Assembly: GCA_963710605.1 (NCBI GenBank)
Contig: CAVQBA010000006.1
Location: 704,001-768,000, forward strand
Direction of reading: 5' to 3'
Source: an uncultured cyanobacterium
GTDB lineage: Bacteria; Cyanobacteriota; Cyanobacteriia; Cyanobacteriales; Cyanobacteriaceae
Length of the DNA: 64,000 bases
Below are positions 41,314-51,024 of the stretch, in pieces. Below the pieces are notes generated by a model. It was given only the letters and a program-made list of their open reading frames with translations, was not told where the DNA came from and did no database searches. The stretch's first letter is position 1, and every line of letters begins with the position of its first letter. A program made the translations under genes and the position numbers.

Positions 41314-43863
41314 TTAGAATTTTTCACCAATACCAAAGTGAATACGGCTATCACCTTCATCATTAATCGCATAATCAATCCGAATTGGTCCTACAGGGGA
41401 TTGCACTCTCACACCTAAACCGTAACCAAAACCATCACCATTTAAACCTCTAACTTTAGCAGGTTTACCGATAACCGAATCGGCTGTACCCAAATCAGTA
41501 CCATAATCAAAGAAAATAGCACCGCCTAGAAAAGAGATGATCGGAAAACGATATTCAGCAGTAGCTTGAAAATAAGCACGACCATTACCCAAATCTCCTT
41601 CACCATAACCTCTAACTGAGTTACTACCACCTAAAACAAAAGCTTCATAAGGAGGTAAATCACCGATTACAGTTCCAGCTTGAAAATTCAAAGCTAATGC
41701 TTGAGGTCCTTCAGTAAAATCAAAATTGATTAGTTGTAAAGGAAGATAATAACTATAACTAGCACGCAGACGGTTATATAAAATACCTGTAAGAGGAATT
41801 GTTTGTTCTGAACCTAAAAGTAATAAACTACCACTAGTAGGACGTAAGGAACTATTACGAGTATCTTGAGAAGCATTTAATCTTAAAGAGATGATATCAT
41901 CAACCCCACCATTGTTAAAAGCTAGTTTTTCTGAACCAAATCTATCGGCAGAACGACTAGAAGTATCTCCGTCTGAGTTTTGAATTTCGATGTGTTGATA
42001 TTGCAAACCAGCACTAACATTCCATTCGGCTTTTGTAAATGGATCGTCTGATAAAGGACGAGAGAAAGTTATACCTGCACCTGTACGAACGACTCTAGGG
42101 GTATCATCACCATTCTCGGTACGGATTGTATCTGTGTCGATACCATCATAAACTAAAGATATCGATCGACGACGGAAACCGTTGACAAAATAAGAAGTAC
42201 GGTATGGATCTCCTGCTATCCAAGGATCTCGGAAACTAAGGTCAAATAATAACTCTCTTTCTCCTAACTGAAATTCAGCACCGATCGTTTGATTGTTTCC
42301 ACCAAGGTTTTTTTCTTGATAACTGATTGTACCAAATAAGCCACTACTAGAACTAATCCCTGCACCTGCACCTAATGAACCAGTATTACCTTCAACTACA
42401 TCAACATTCATCACTACCTCAGCAGGATCTTCCCCTGGGCTAAAAGATAGTCTGACATCCTCAAAAATACCTAAACCAAAAATTCTCTGTAAATCTTGCT
42501 GAGCGGTGGTTCGATTAAAAGTATCACCTGGATCGAGTCGCATTTCTCTGGTGACAATAAAATCTCGTGTACGCCCGTCAACTTCTTCATCTTCTTCATT
42601 AAAAAATCGAACTTGAATATCTTCTATTTTCCCTTCAGCAATAACTAAAGTAACAACTCCATCATCACTAATTTGAGGTGCACCTACTACTTGAGCTAAA
42701 TCATAACCGTTGTCGGTGTACCATTTATTAAGTTCGGTGATACCTTCTCTTAAATCCCGTAAATTCAATATCTCGTTATATTGATCAGCAAATGCTTCTT
42801 GAATTACTTCTTGGGGTATTAGATAATTGTTTTCCGTATTTTCAGGGATTGTTTGAATAGTAACTCGATTTAAAATTGGGTTGGGTTCAACCTGATAAGT
42901 AATTCTGACCCCAAATTGTGTATCTTCTGGAGTTACATTAACATTACTAAAAAAACCTGTAGCGTAAATTGCTTGTACGTCTTGTTGTAGTCGAGAACGA
43001 GTGGTGGTGCGACCGGGGTTGGTTCTGATAGCATTATAAACTATATCTTCTAATTCCCCTTCTACTCCTGAAACGAATACTTCGGAGACTAATACTCTAG
43101 GTTCGCTTTCTTGTGTTTCTTCTGTATTTGTATTTTCTTGGGTGGGAGTGGGAGTTGTATTTTCTTGAGTTGTATCTTCTTGAGTTGGTATTGTATTTTC
43201 TTGAGTTGGTATTGTATCTTCTTGAGTTGGTATTGTATCTTCTTGAGTTGGTATTGTAGTTGGGTTTGTATTCTCTTGGATTTGAGTAATAATTAAGTTA
43301 ACTGCTGAGGATGAAGTATTTTCGTTTAACTGTTGATCTGTTTGTGTAACAACTACAGGATCATTTTCAGCTAATTGTGACTCTAACTCAGTCGTATTAG
43401 TCTGATCACTAACTATTTCTACTTCAGCAGTATTAGTCGTCGTAACCTCGATCGTTTCTGTAACAACTACAGGGTCATTTTCAGCTAATTGTGATTCTAA
43501 CTCAGTCGTATTAGTCTGATCACTTACTATTTCTACTTTAGCAGTATTAGTTATCACCTCTACTTCTACTGATTCGATCGAGTTTGATGTTGTTTGTGTA
43601 GATGAAGAGACAGGAATCTCGATACTTTGAGCGGAGGTTTGCTCTTCGGGGTTTACGAATGGTGTCGCAAAGACGATCGTATTATGAGCTAAAGTTAAAG
43701 TTAAACTTCCAAGTATTGTCGCAACCGCTTTTTGTTGCCATTGAGAATTTAAGTTAACTAAACTAGATCTATTTTTTTTATTCAGTTTAGATGGCGACGA
43801 AATATTCATCGGCAAATCATTTTTAGCCTTCTTGCTTTTCTGTTTGTTGTTGTTCACTACCAC
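41314..43863 (-). CDS. bamA: Omp85/BamA outer-membrane protein assembly factor
   Basis: POTRA domains, GGSNSVRGY motif, C-terminal IHFGIGEKF. Confidence 0.93.
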   Translation of the reverse strand: MVVNNNKQKSKKAKNDLPMNISSPSKLNKKNRSSLVNLNSQWQQKAVATILGSLTLTLAHNTIVFATPFVNPEEQTSAQSIEIPVSSSTQTTSNSIESVEVEVITNTAKVEIVSDQTNTTELESQLAENDPVVVTETIEVTTTNTAEVEIVSDQTNTTELESQLAENDPVVVTQTDQQLNENTSSSAVNLIITQIQENTNPTTIPTQEDTIPTQEDTIPTQENTIPTQEDTTQENTTPTPTQENTNTEETQESEPRVLVSEVFVSGVEGELEDIVYNAIRTNPGRTTTRSRLQQDVQAIYATGFFSNVNVTPEDTQFGVRITYQVEPNPILNRVTIQTIPENTENNYLIPQEVIQEAFADQYNEILNLRDLREGITELNKWYTDNGYDLAQVVGAPQISDDGVVTLVIAEGKIEDIQVRFFNEEDEEVDGRTRDFIVTREMRLDPGDTFNRTTAQQDLQRIFGLGIFEDVRLSFSPGEDPAEVVMNVDVVEGNTGSLGAGAGISSSSGLFGTISYQEKNLGGNNQTIGAEFQLGERELLFDLSFRDPWIAGDPYRTSYFVNGFRRRSISLVYDGIDTDTIRTENGDDTPRVVRTGAGITFSRPLSDDPFTKAEWNVSAGLQYQHIEIQNSDGDTSSRSADRFGSEKLAFNNGGVDDIISLRLNASQDTRNSSLRPTSGSLLLLGSEQTIPLTGILYNRLRASYSYYLPLQLINFDFTEGPQALALNFQAGTVIGDLPPYEAFVLGGSNSVRGYGEGDLGNGRAYFQATAEYRFPIISFLGGAIFFDYGTDLGTADSVIGKPAKVRGLNGDGFGYGLGVRVQSPVGPIRIDYAINDEGDSRIHFGIGEKF

Positions 43864-43906
43864 ACACCAATTATTAATTTTTAGGTAATATAAAGATTTA
43901 AAGATA

Positions 43907-44650
43907 CTAGCTATTTTTTAGCTTTTGAATTTGAGTTAATACTCTTTGTTGAACTTGTTCATAAGCAGATTCAATTTCACCTAAATCACGACGAAAGCGA
44001 TCTTTGTCTAAGACTCTTTTAGTTGTATCTTGTTCCGTGGCATCCCACAAGCGACAAGTATCAGGGCTAATTTCATCTGCTAAAATAATTTTATTTTGGT
44101 TATTAAAACCAAATTCTAGCTTAAAATCAACTAATATTATTCCGCACAAAGCAAAAAACTCTTCTAAATGCTGATTTATTACTAAAGCGTAATCTTTTAA
44201 TTGTTTTATTTGATCATTAGATACTATATTTAATAAATCAAGACGATCGTAAGTTAATAACGGATCATTTAATTCATCATTTTTGAGATAAAATTCAACT
44301 AAAGGAGAAGACAGTTTTGTCCCTTCGATAATACCTGTTTGTCGGCACAAACTACCTGCGGCGATATTTCTAATTACAACTTCGAGGGGAATAATATCAA
44401 CTGCTTGAACAAGCATTTCTCTTGGTGATGTTTGTTCAATAAAATGAGTTGGAATATTTTTGGTGTCTAGTAATTGTAATAAAGCAGAAGAGATAGTACA
44501 ATTGATTTCTCCCTTACCAACGATCGTACCTTTTTTTTGAGCATTAAAAGCGGTAGCATCGTCTTTAAAATAGGTAAGATAGACTTGCTCGGTATCTGTA
44601 GCATAGACAATTTTTGCCTTGCCTTCATATAATTTAGCAGAAGTTGTCAT
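43907..44650 (-). CDS. purC: SAICAR synthetase
   Basis: LYEGKAK, FKDDATAFN, LVDFKLEFG, ADEISPDTCRLWD and DKDRFR motifs. Confidence 0.96.
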   Translation of the reverse strand: MTTSAKLYEGKAKIVYATDTEQVYLTYFKDDATAFNAQKKGTIVGKGEINCTISSALLQLLDTKNIPTHFIEQTSPREMLVQAVDIIPLEVVIRNIAAGSLCRQTGIIEGTKLSSPLVEFYLKNDELNDPLLTYDRLDLLNIVSNDQIKQLKDYALVINQHLEEFFALCGIILVDFKLEFGFNNQNKIILADEISPDTCRLWDATEQDTTKRVLDKDRFRRDLGEIESAYEQVQQRVLTQIQKLKNS

Positions 44651-44725
44651 ATTCCCCAATTGTTTCTGATAACAAAGATTCACATATCACAATATCACAA
44701 TTTAGAATTCGGAATTCGGAAACAA

Positions 44726-44762
44726 TTAACTCTTAACTCTTAACTCTTAACTCTTAACTCTT
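44726..44762. repeat. Heptamer tandem repeat (TTAACTC)n
   Basis: About 5 copies directly before the holB start. Confidence 0.9.
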
Positions 44763-44765
44763 ATC

Positions 44766-45706
44766 ATGCGTCCATTAAAAGAATTAACAGGGCAACGATT
44801 AGCCGTCGAACTATTAGAAAGAAGCAAAAATAATCAAAAAATTGCTCCTGCTTATTTATTTGTGGGCCAGAAGGTGTCGGTAAAGCCCTTGGTGCTAGAA
44901 TGTTTGCACGAATGTTATTAATTAATGCCAATGAAGATTATCAGACTGCATCTGTCAAACTCGATCGAGGTAATCATCCTGACTTTTTATGGGTTGAACC
45001 AACTTATAGCGAAAAAGGGGAGTTATTAACCGTTACTCAAGCTCAAGACAAAGGAGTAAAACGTAAAACCGCCCCCCGTATCAGAATTGAGCAAATCCGA
45101 GAAATTAGCCAGTTTTTAAGTCGTCCTCCTTTAAAATCAGAACGGTGCTTGGTGGTAATAGAATCGGCTCAACTAATGGCAGAATCGGCAGGAAATGCTT
45201 TATTAAAAACCTTAGAAAATCCCGGAAAAGCCACGATAATTTTAATCGCCGAAAGTAGTGATTCTATCTTGTCAACTTTAGTTTCTCGTTGTCAAAAAAT
45301 ACCCTTTTATCGTTTGAGCGAACAAAACCTCGAAATGGTTTTATCTCGTGCTAATTTTGCTGAAGTGATGGATTATCCTCAATTAATTAAACTAGCTCAG
45401 GGTTGCCCCGGTAAAGCGATTCGTTATTGGCAAAACTTAAAACAAGTACCGAGTGAATTATTGAATCAATTAAAAACATATCCTGATGATGTGATGACTG
45501 GATTTGATTTAGCCAAGCAAATTAGTAGTAGTTTAGAATTAGAATTGCAAATTTGGCTAGCTGATTACTTACAGTGGTTGTATTGGGAAAAAAAATATTC
45601 TGTTGATTTAATCGAAAGATTAGAAAATAGTAAGAAACTTCTACAACGTTATGTACAACCGAGGCTGGTTTGGGATTGCTTTTTTTTGGCTCAGAATAAA
45701 TATTAA
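44766..45706 (+). CDS. holB: DNA polymerase III delta-prime subunit; -1 frameshift near 44865
   Basis: MRPLKELTGQRLAVELL...APAYLFVG / EGVGK, then HPD, IRIEQIR, NALLKTLE and TLVSRCQ. Confidence 0.92.
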
Positions 45707-45731
45707 GTAGGGGTGCAAGGTTTGCACCCTT
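45707..45731 (+). repeat. GTAG-type REP hairpin
   Basis: GTAGGGGTGCAAGGTTTGCACCCT; inverted copies at 29888-29912 and 48402-48425. Confidence 0.8.
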
Positions 45732-45833
45732 TTGAATCGAGGCTCGGTATCAATCATCCTAAATGCCTGACCCCTCTGCCTTCTGCAGTTCTCCTTCAAA
45801 GGGGAGACTAAAAGACTTATTGATAATAACTGT

Positions 45834-45981
45834 GATAGCAGTAAAAGAATTGCTTAGGACATTTATCACAGTAAACGAGTTGTTTTGAACAGTTCAATAG
45901 TGTTCCCCTCCTTTGAAGGAGGAGGGGCTGTCATCTGAATTGACTTCAGATGCTTGTAAGCCCCGTGGGTTAGGGGTGGTT
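45834..45981. mobile_element. Partial TATAGC-family MITE with nested hairpin insert (45923-45966)
   Basis: Core nearly identical to 23485-23566. Confidence 0.65.
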
Positions 45982-45988
45982 GATATGT

Positions 45989-48298
45989 TCACGCCTTACT
46001 TTCACTGAAATAACTGGTGGGTAAATACAAACTATCCTCTATCTCCTGCCTCACTTCACGACTGACATAACATTCACTAGCCAAACAGTCTTCTAATAAC
46101 TTATTTGCTTTTAAATACTTCAAGATTAACTCTTTTTGTTGTTCATTGAAATTCCATTGATGACCGATATTACGATACTTAATGATTAAACTTCGCCATT
46201 TTTCTTGCCAAGCTGAAAAATTAGAACATTCTCGCCATTGCTTAAATTTTGTTCTATTTTCATTTCGATTAGGTATTTGTGCTAGTAAGTTTTCTACTTC
46301 TGCGATAAATTCTGGATTGAGATTAAGTTTCTTAAATTGGTCGGGCTCAAAGTTTCTTAAAATGTTGAAATTTGGGTCAAGGTTGAGGTAGAAGTAGAAG
46401 ATTACATCGAGATACAAGTTTGGATTATTTGTGTATAAGTTTCGGTAGAAGAAGTTTTGGTTGAGGTACAGAAAAAAGTAGTAGAAGAAATCGAGGTCGA
46501 GATTGAGGTATAAATATCGTATCTGAAATAATTTTAATGTAGTATCAATGGAATTGGTTTTAACTTCTACCCACTGAAGCCACTTCTGGATTAGCTCGTC
46601 TTTGGCTACCAACTCATCGATTGTTTGTTTCATCGCTTTTAACAAGCTATCGGCATTAGTTTGCATTTCTACAGCTAACAAAAATACTTCTCGCCAACGC
46701 TCTTCGGTAATATGTTTAGTAAAATTAATTAATGCTTGTCTATCTAAAGACACAATTTGAGAGAGAATCTGTTTGGCTGTAAAATATTCATGAAAAGTTA
46801 AATGAGAAAAAGAAAATATACTCTTTGCTCTTTCTACTAACAAACCATGTTGGCTTTGAATCGATTTTAATACTACTTCGCTATCCACTAATAAGGCATC
46901 AGGATCAGTTTTAGCATCGGGTAGGTTACGAATATAATCAGCGATATATTGTTCTGCATCCCTTTGTTTAAAAAAATAATCCCCTCGCTCAAAAGTTATC
47001 TGAGCGATATGAGCGAGTAAATCTTCTTTACGTTTAACCGATAGCCTTTTGTAAACTATGTCTCGTTCGATGTTACGTTTACCATCCCATTTTTTTAACA
47101 AGACATCGATTCCTTCTTTGTAAAGTTCGGCTCGACTAGCAGGGAAATCAGCATTTTCACCAAAAACCGAACAAAGTAAAGTTAGTAATAAGGGATTACT
47201 AGCTAATTCTTTAATCGGTTCATTATTATCTAATTTTTCGAGCAGTTTTTCTGCTTTGACAGGATTTTTGAGAATAGCAAACCATTTGCTGACAAAATTT
47301 TTGATTTGCTTATCATTAAAATCAGCTACTTCTACTTCTTTAAAATCATTAAAAGTATATTCTCGGGCGGCGATACGACAAGTGATAATTATATAATTAG
47401 TGCGATATTGATAAGCACACTGTTTAATCTGTTCGACTACCTTATAGCAATATTCTTCTCTGACTTCATCCAAACCATCCAGTAAGATTAAAGCTTTACC
47501 AGAGTTGAGTAATTCTTCAGTTTCCGTCTGTGTCACCGATCGAATTGCTAACTGTTGTTGAATAAAGTTTTCTAAATTAATTTGTTCGGCTTCATCGGCA
47601 AAGGTTTTCAGCGTTACAAAAATAGGCACATAATTTTTCAATAATTTTTCATTAATACATTGAATCGCCAAATATTTTAAAAAAGTAGTCTTTCCTGCTC
47701 CGGGTTTACCCCAAATCATTAATTTACGGTGTTTATCGACGGCGGTTAATCCTGATATTCGATCGCCTGTTTTTCTACCCAAGCCAAAACGATCGAAGTT
47801 TTCCCAGTTACAAGCCTCTTTTAATTGAGCGATACTATATCTCGATCGATTAGTAATGTCTTCTAGAATATTGACATCGGTATAAATATCATCCAAACCG
47901 ATCGATCGTGTCATATCCAAGACCTGCATCTTACCACAGCGATCTTCAATATCTGCTTTTGTTTTTTTGCGGATTGTTTGAACTAATTGACCAAGATCGA
48001 TTTCATCATTAATCGTCCGATCAAGAATTTTATTTTGGTTGTATTTTTGATATTCTTCAACTAGAAAGTTATAAAGTTCATGAGCTTTTCCAGGATGATT
48101 TCCACTAAGACCAAACTTTTGATAAATTCCTGTTTTACGGGTGCGTAAAGTACTTTCTTCTATGCCAAGAGATTCAGCAATTTTCCACGTTTCTTTCTTT
48201 TCACTGGTATAGATAGTAATAAAAGTTTTTTCTTGTGTTAAAGACAACTTCTTGATCTTAGCTATTTGATTTAAAAACGGCTCAGGGAAAGATTGCAT
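45989..48298 (-). CDS. NACHT (STAND) NTPase with N-terminal HTH and C-terminal helical domain
   Basis: Walker A GKPGAGKTT, Walker B LLDGLDE, IITCR, NPLLL and FSHLTFHEYFTA; N-terminal KIAESLGIEESTLRTR HTH. Confidence 0.92.
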   Translation of the reverse strand: MQSFPEPFLNQIAKIKKLSLTQEKTFITIYTSEKKETWKIAESLGIEESTLRTRKTGIYQKFGLSGNHPGKAHELYNFLVEEYQKYNQNKILDRTINDEIDLGQLVQTIRKKTKADIEDRCGKMQVLDMTRSIGLDDIYTDVNILEDITNRSRYSIAQLKEACNWENFDRFGLGRKTGDRISGLTAVDKHRKLMIWGKPGAGKTTFLKYLAIQCINEKLLKNYVPIFVTLKTFADEAEQINLENFIQQQLAIRSVTQTETEELLNSGKALILLDGLDEVREEYCYKVVEQIKQCAYQYRTNYIIITCRIAAREYTFNDFKEVEVADFNDKQIKNFVSKWFAILKNPVKAEKLLEKLDNNEPIKELASNPLLLTLLCSVFGENADFPASRAELYKEGIDVLLKKWDGKRNIERDIVYKRLSVKRKEDLLAHIAQITFERGDYFFKQRDAEQYIADYIRNLPDAKTDPDALLVDSEVVLKSIQSQHGLLVERAKSIFSFSHLTFHEYFTAKQILSQIVSLDRQALINFTKHITEERWREVFLLAVEMQTNADSLLKAMKQTIDELVAKDELIQKWLQWVEVKTNSIDTTLKLFQIRYLYLNLDLDFFYYFFLYLNQNFFYRNLYTNNPNLYLDVIFYFYLNLDPNFNILRNFEPDQFKKLNLNPEFIAEVENLLAQIPNRNENRTKFKQWRECSNFSAWQEKWRSLIIKYRNIGHQWNFNEQQKELILKYLKANKLLEDCLASECYVSREVRQEIEDSLYLPTSYFSESKA

Positions 48299-48401
48299 CA
48301 GAGGAAAAAAGATAGATATTTTGCATAAGTATAGTTTTATTATCGCTAATTAAGATGTTTATTTCATTGCAATTAACGCTATAGCGTTAAAAAAAAATAA
48401 G

Positions 48402-48425
48402 AAGGTGCAAACCTTGCACCCCTAC
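48402..48425 (-). repeat. GTAG-type REP hairpin
   Basis: Reverse complement of the 45707 copy. Confidence 0.8.
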
Positions 48426-48634
48426 ACAAATCGAAATTGTCATCATTAAAAACATAAAGCACGATCGTTTTATCTACCTAAATCCTGTTAATCCAATAAT
48501 CCTGTCAAATCCTGATGAAGAGAAGAGGATGTCAGGCTATGTCTGTTATGTCCGTTATGTTTGAGAGCTATGTCCGATAAGTCTTTGAGAAGATAAAGAT
48601 ATAACTCAATAGTCAATGGAGACGATCGAGAATC

Positions 48635-48799
48635 ATGAAAAATAATTTACCCCAATTCAAAGGTATTCAAATAATTACGATGCTAACCATTTTGTGTACT
48701 ACAATAATAATCTTAAATAAAACAACAGTAACTAACAAAGGTGAACTACATTTATGTATTTGGCAAGAGCATACTTGTTTAAAGATTAAGGGCAAATAG
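48635..48799 (+). CDS. Unannotated 54-aa microprotein with a hydrophobic segment
   Basis: MKNNLPQFKGIQIITMLTILCTTIIILNKTTVTNKGELHLCIWQEHTCLKIKGK*; GGAG upstream; divergent from the NACHT gene. Confidence 0.5.
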   Translation: MKNNLPQFKGIQIITMLTILCTTIIILNKTTVTNKGELHLCIWQEHTCLKIKGK

Positions 48800-48855
48800 A
48801 CTTATATCAAGGTATTGACGATCGTATTTTCTTTCCCTTAAAATTAAGATAAAAA

Positions 48856-49749
48856 ATGAATTCAGATCGCAAACAGAATTGGTTTGAAATAGCTTTGAGC
48901 TTAGAAGGTTCGGTTGTTAAAACTATTTTACCGACAATTTTAATTTTTACTTTCTTTACAACTTTTGTTTGTCTAGTTCGATTTTTTGTTCCTAGATCAG
49001 ATTTTATTGTCCATATTGGCGATTTAGTCGGTAATGTTGTTTATAGTCTAGTTTTAGGTTTACTCTTAGTTTTTCGGACTAATACTTCTTACGATCGTTT
49101 TTGGGATGGGAGAAAGTCTTTAGGTATTATCGTTGTCAATATTCGTAATTTAGCTCGTTACATCAAATTAACCATTCCCGAAAAACTCACCGAAGAAAAA
49201 GAAGCGAAATTAGCCGTTTTTAATCTTTTAATTGCCTTTGCGATCGCTACCAAACTTCAACTAAGAGGAGAAAAACCGAATGCCGAACTTAAAAAACGAC
49301 TCAACGCAAAACAAGCACAAGAAATAGATTCAGCCAAACGGATGTCATTACAAATAACCTTATGGATTGGTGAATATCTGCAATCTCAACTCGATCGAGG
49401 TGTAATTGATACGGTACAAAAAATGGAAATGAATAATTCACTTAATAACATGATTGAAGGGTTAACCAGTTGTGAAAGAATTGTTTCTACACCATTACCG
49501 ATTGCTTATCGTATTTATCTTAAACGTTTAATTTTAATTTATTGTTTTGCTCTACCATTTAATATTATCGAGAAAATGCAGTGGTGGACAATACCTGTAG
49601 TCGCAATTATTAGTTTTATCTTACTTGGTTTAGAACAAGTCGGCAAAGAGCTAGAAAATCCTTTTTTATACGGCAAAAATGATATACCGATCGATAAACT
49701 TTGTGCTAATGTTGCCACAGATGTAGAAACGATCGCACAATCTAATTAA
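48856..49749 (+). CDS. Bestrophin family anion channel
   Basis: LLVFRTNTSYDRFWDGR, CERIVSTPLP and ELENPF motifs. Confidence 0.92.
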   Translation: MNSDRKQNWFEIALSLEGSVVKTILPTILIFTFFTTFVCLVRFFVPRSDFIVHIGDLVGNVVYSLVLGLLLVFRTNTSYDRFWDGRKSLGIIVVNIRNLARYIKLTIPEKLTEEKEAKLAVFNLLIAFAIATKLQLRGEKPNAELKKRLNAKQAQEIDSAKRMSLQITLWIGEYLQSQLDRGVIDTVQKMEMNNSLNNMIEGLTSCERIVSTPLPIAYRIYLKRLILIYCFALPFNIIEKMQWWTIPVVAIISFILLGLEQVGKELENPFLYGKNDIPIDKLCANVATDVETIAQSN

Positions 49750-50001
49750 TAATTTGAGAATAGAGATATTTTGTCTTTGACTAACCCAACAACAGATTTA
49801 ACAGATAACAATAATGTACTTAAGTTGACATAATTTACAGCAGTAATAATGTGATTTTTCAACCCGCCTTGGGTATAAATTGACAAAGCTAGTATAAAGA
49901 ATGGAGAATGGAGAGAGTGCGAGAATACTTCGACTGACGCTCAGTACAAGTGGAGAATGACTTTTAACTTTTAACTCTTAACTCTTAACTTTTAACTTTT
50001 A

Positions 50002-50871
50002 TCACCATTTCATAACTTGCTTAATCATATTTTGAGATTGATATTCATATCCACCGCCAAAAATATTAAAGTGATTAAGAATATGATAAAGATTATAAAG
50101 AGTTTTTCTTTGCTGATAATCATCATCTAAAGCATATTGTTGATTATAGCCTTGATAAAAAGAGGCAGGAAAACCACCAAATAATTCCGTCATTGCTAAA
50201 TCTACTTCACGATCGCCATAATAGCAAGCCGGATCGAATATAATCGGGTTTCCATCGGCGGTAAAAGAAGCATTTCCTGACCACAAATCTCCATGTACAA
50301 GTGCAGGTTTAGGGTTATGTGTAGCTAAATAATCCCTAACTTTTTCTATTACTGTCTGACTATCATTGAAATTACCACCGTTACGTTTAGCTAATTTTAA
50401 CTGATAACCAATTCTTTTTTCGGCGAAAAAATCTGCCCAATTATCATACCAATCATTAGGTTGTGGTGTCGAACCGATCGTATTACTCGTTTGCCAACCG
50501 AAGCGATCGCATATACCTTTTTGATGTAATAAAGCCAATTGCTTACCCATTTGTGTCCACGATCGACTATTATTACTTCTACCTAGTTCAATATATTCTA
50601 AAACTAAATAACTCTTATCCTCAGCTATACCATAACAAATAGGTTGAGGAATAGTAATAGTCTTGGTATTATACATTTGTTCTAAACCCAAAGCCTCAGC
50701 GGTGAACATATCCGCTTTTACCGCACTATTTAACTTAACAAAATATTCTGTTTGATTCCCAATTAACTGATATGCTTGATTGATACAACCTCCACCAATA
50801 CTACGAGTATTGACTAATTGAAAATCAGTTTGCGTCTTTTCCTTAATTGCTTCAATAATTGGTTGCCACAT
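50002..50871 (-). CDS. Fructosamine kinase family protein
   Basis: GGGCIN, LVHGDLWSGN and FDPACYYGDREVDLA motifs. Confidence 0.93.
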   Translation of the reverse strand: MWQPIIEAIKEKTQTDFQLVNTRSIGGGCINQAYQLIGNQTEYFVKLNSAVKADMFTAEALGLEQMYNTKTITIPQPICYGIAEDKSYLVLEYIELGRSNNSRSWTQMGKQLALLHQKGICDRFGWQTSNTIGSTPQPNDWYDNWADFFAEKRIGYQLKLAKRNGGNFNDSQTVIEKVRDYLATHNPKPALVHGDLWSGNASFTADGNPIIFDPACYYGDREVDLAMTELFGGFPASFYQGYNQQYALDDDYQQRKTLYNLYHILNHFNIFGGGYEYQSQNMIKQVMKW

Positions 50872-51024
50872 AATAAGAGTTATCGAGAATAGATAATAGT
50901 AATTCTAATGTTGCTAGTATCGAGCAAGGGTCAAAAGTATATTTATAGTAATCTAAACACACCTAATAATATAGTTAAGTATATTCAATTATTAATTATC
51001 AATTATTAATTATCAATTATCAAC

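Noticed and set aside
43111-43296. Cys/Trp-rich repeat peptide (SWYCIFL)n
   Set aside because: Antisense reading of the 21-bp BamA repeat
8900-44900. Programmed frameshifting or real pseudogenisation of fabD, pdhA, typA and holB
   Set aside because: No shared slippery motif, genes otherwise intact and mostly essential; sequencing error is more parsimonious
46365-46520. Complete diversity-generating retroelement
   Set aside because: No template repeat, reverse transcriptase or accessory gene in the window; a decayed hexamer repeat explains the pattern more simply
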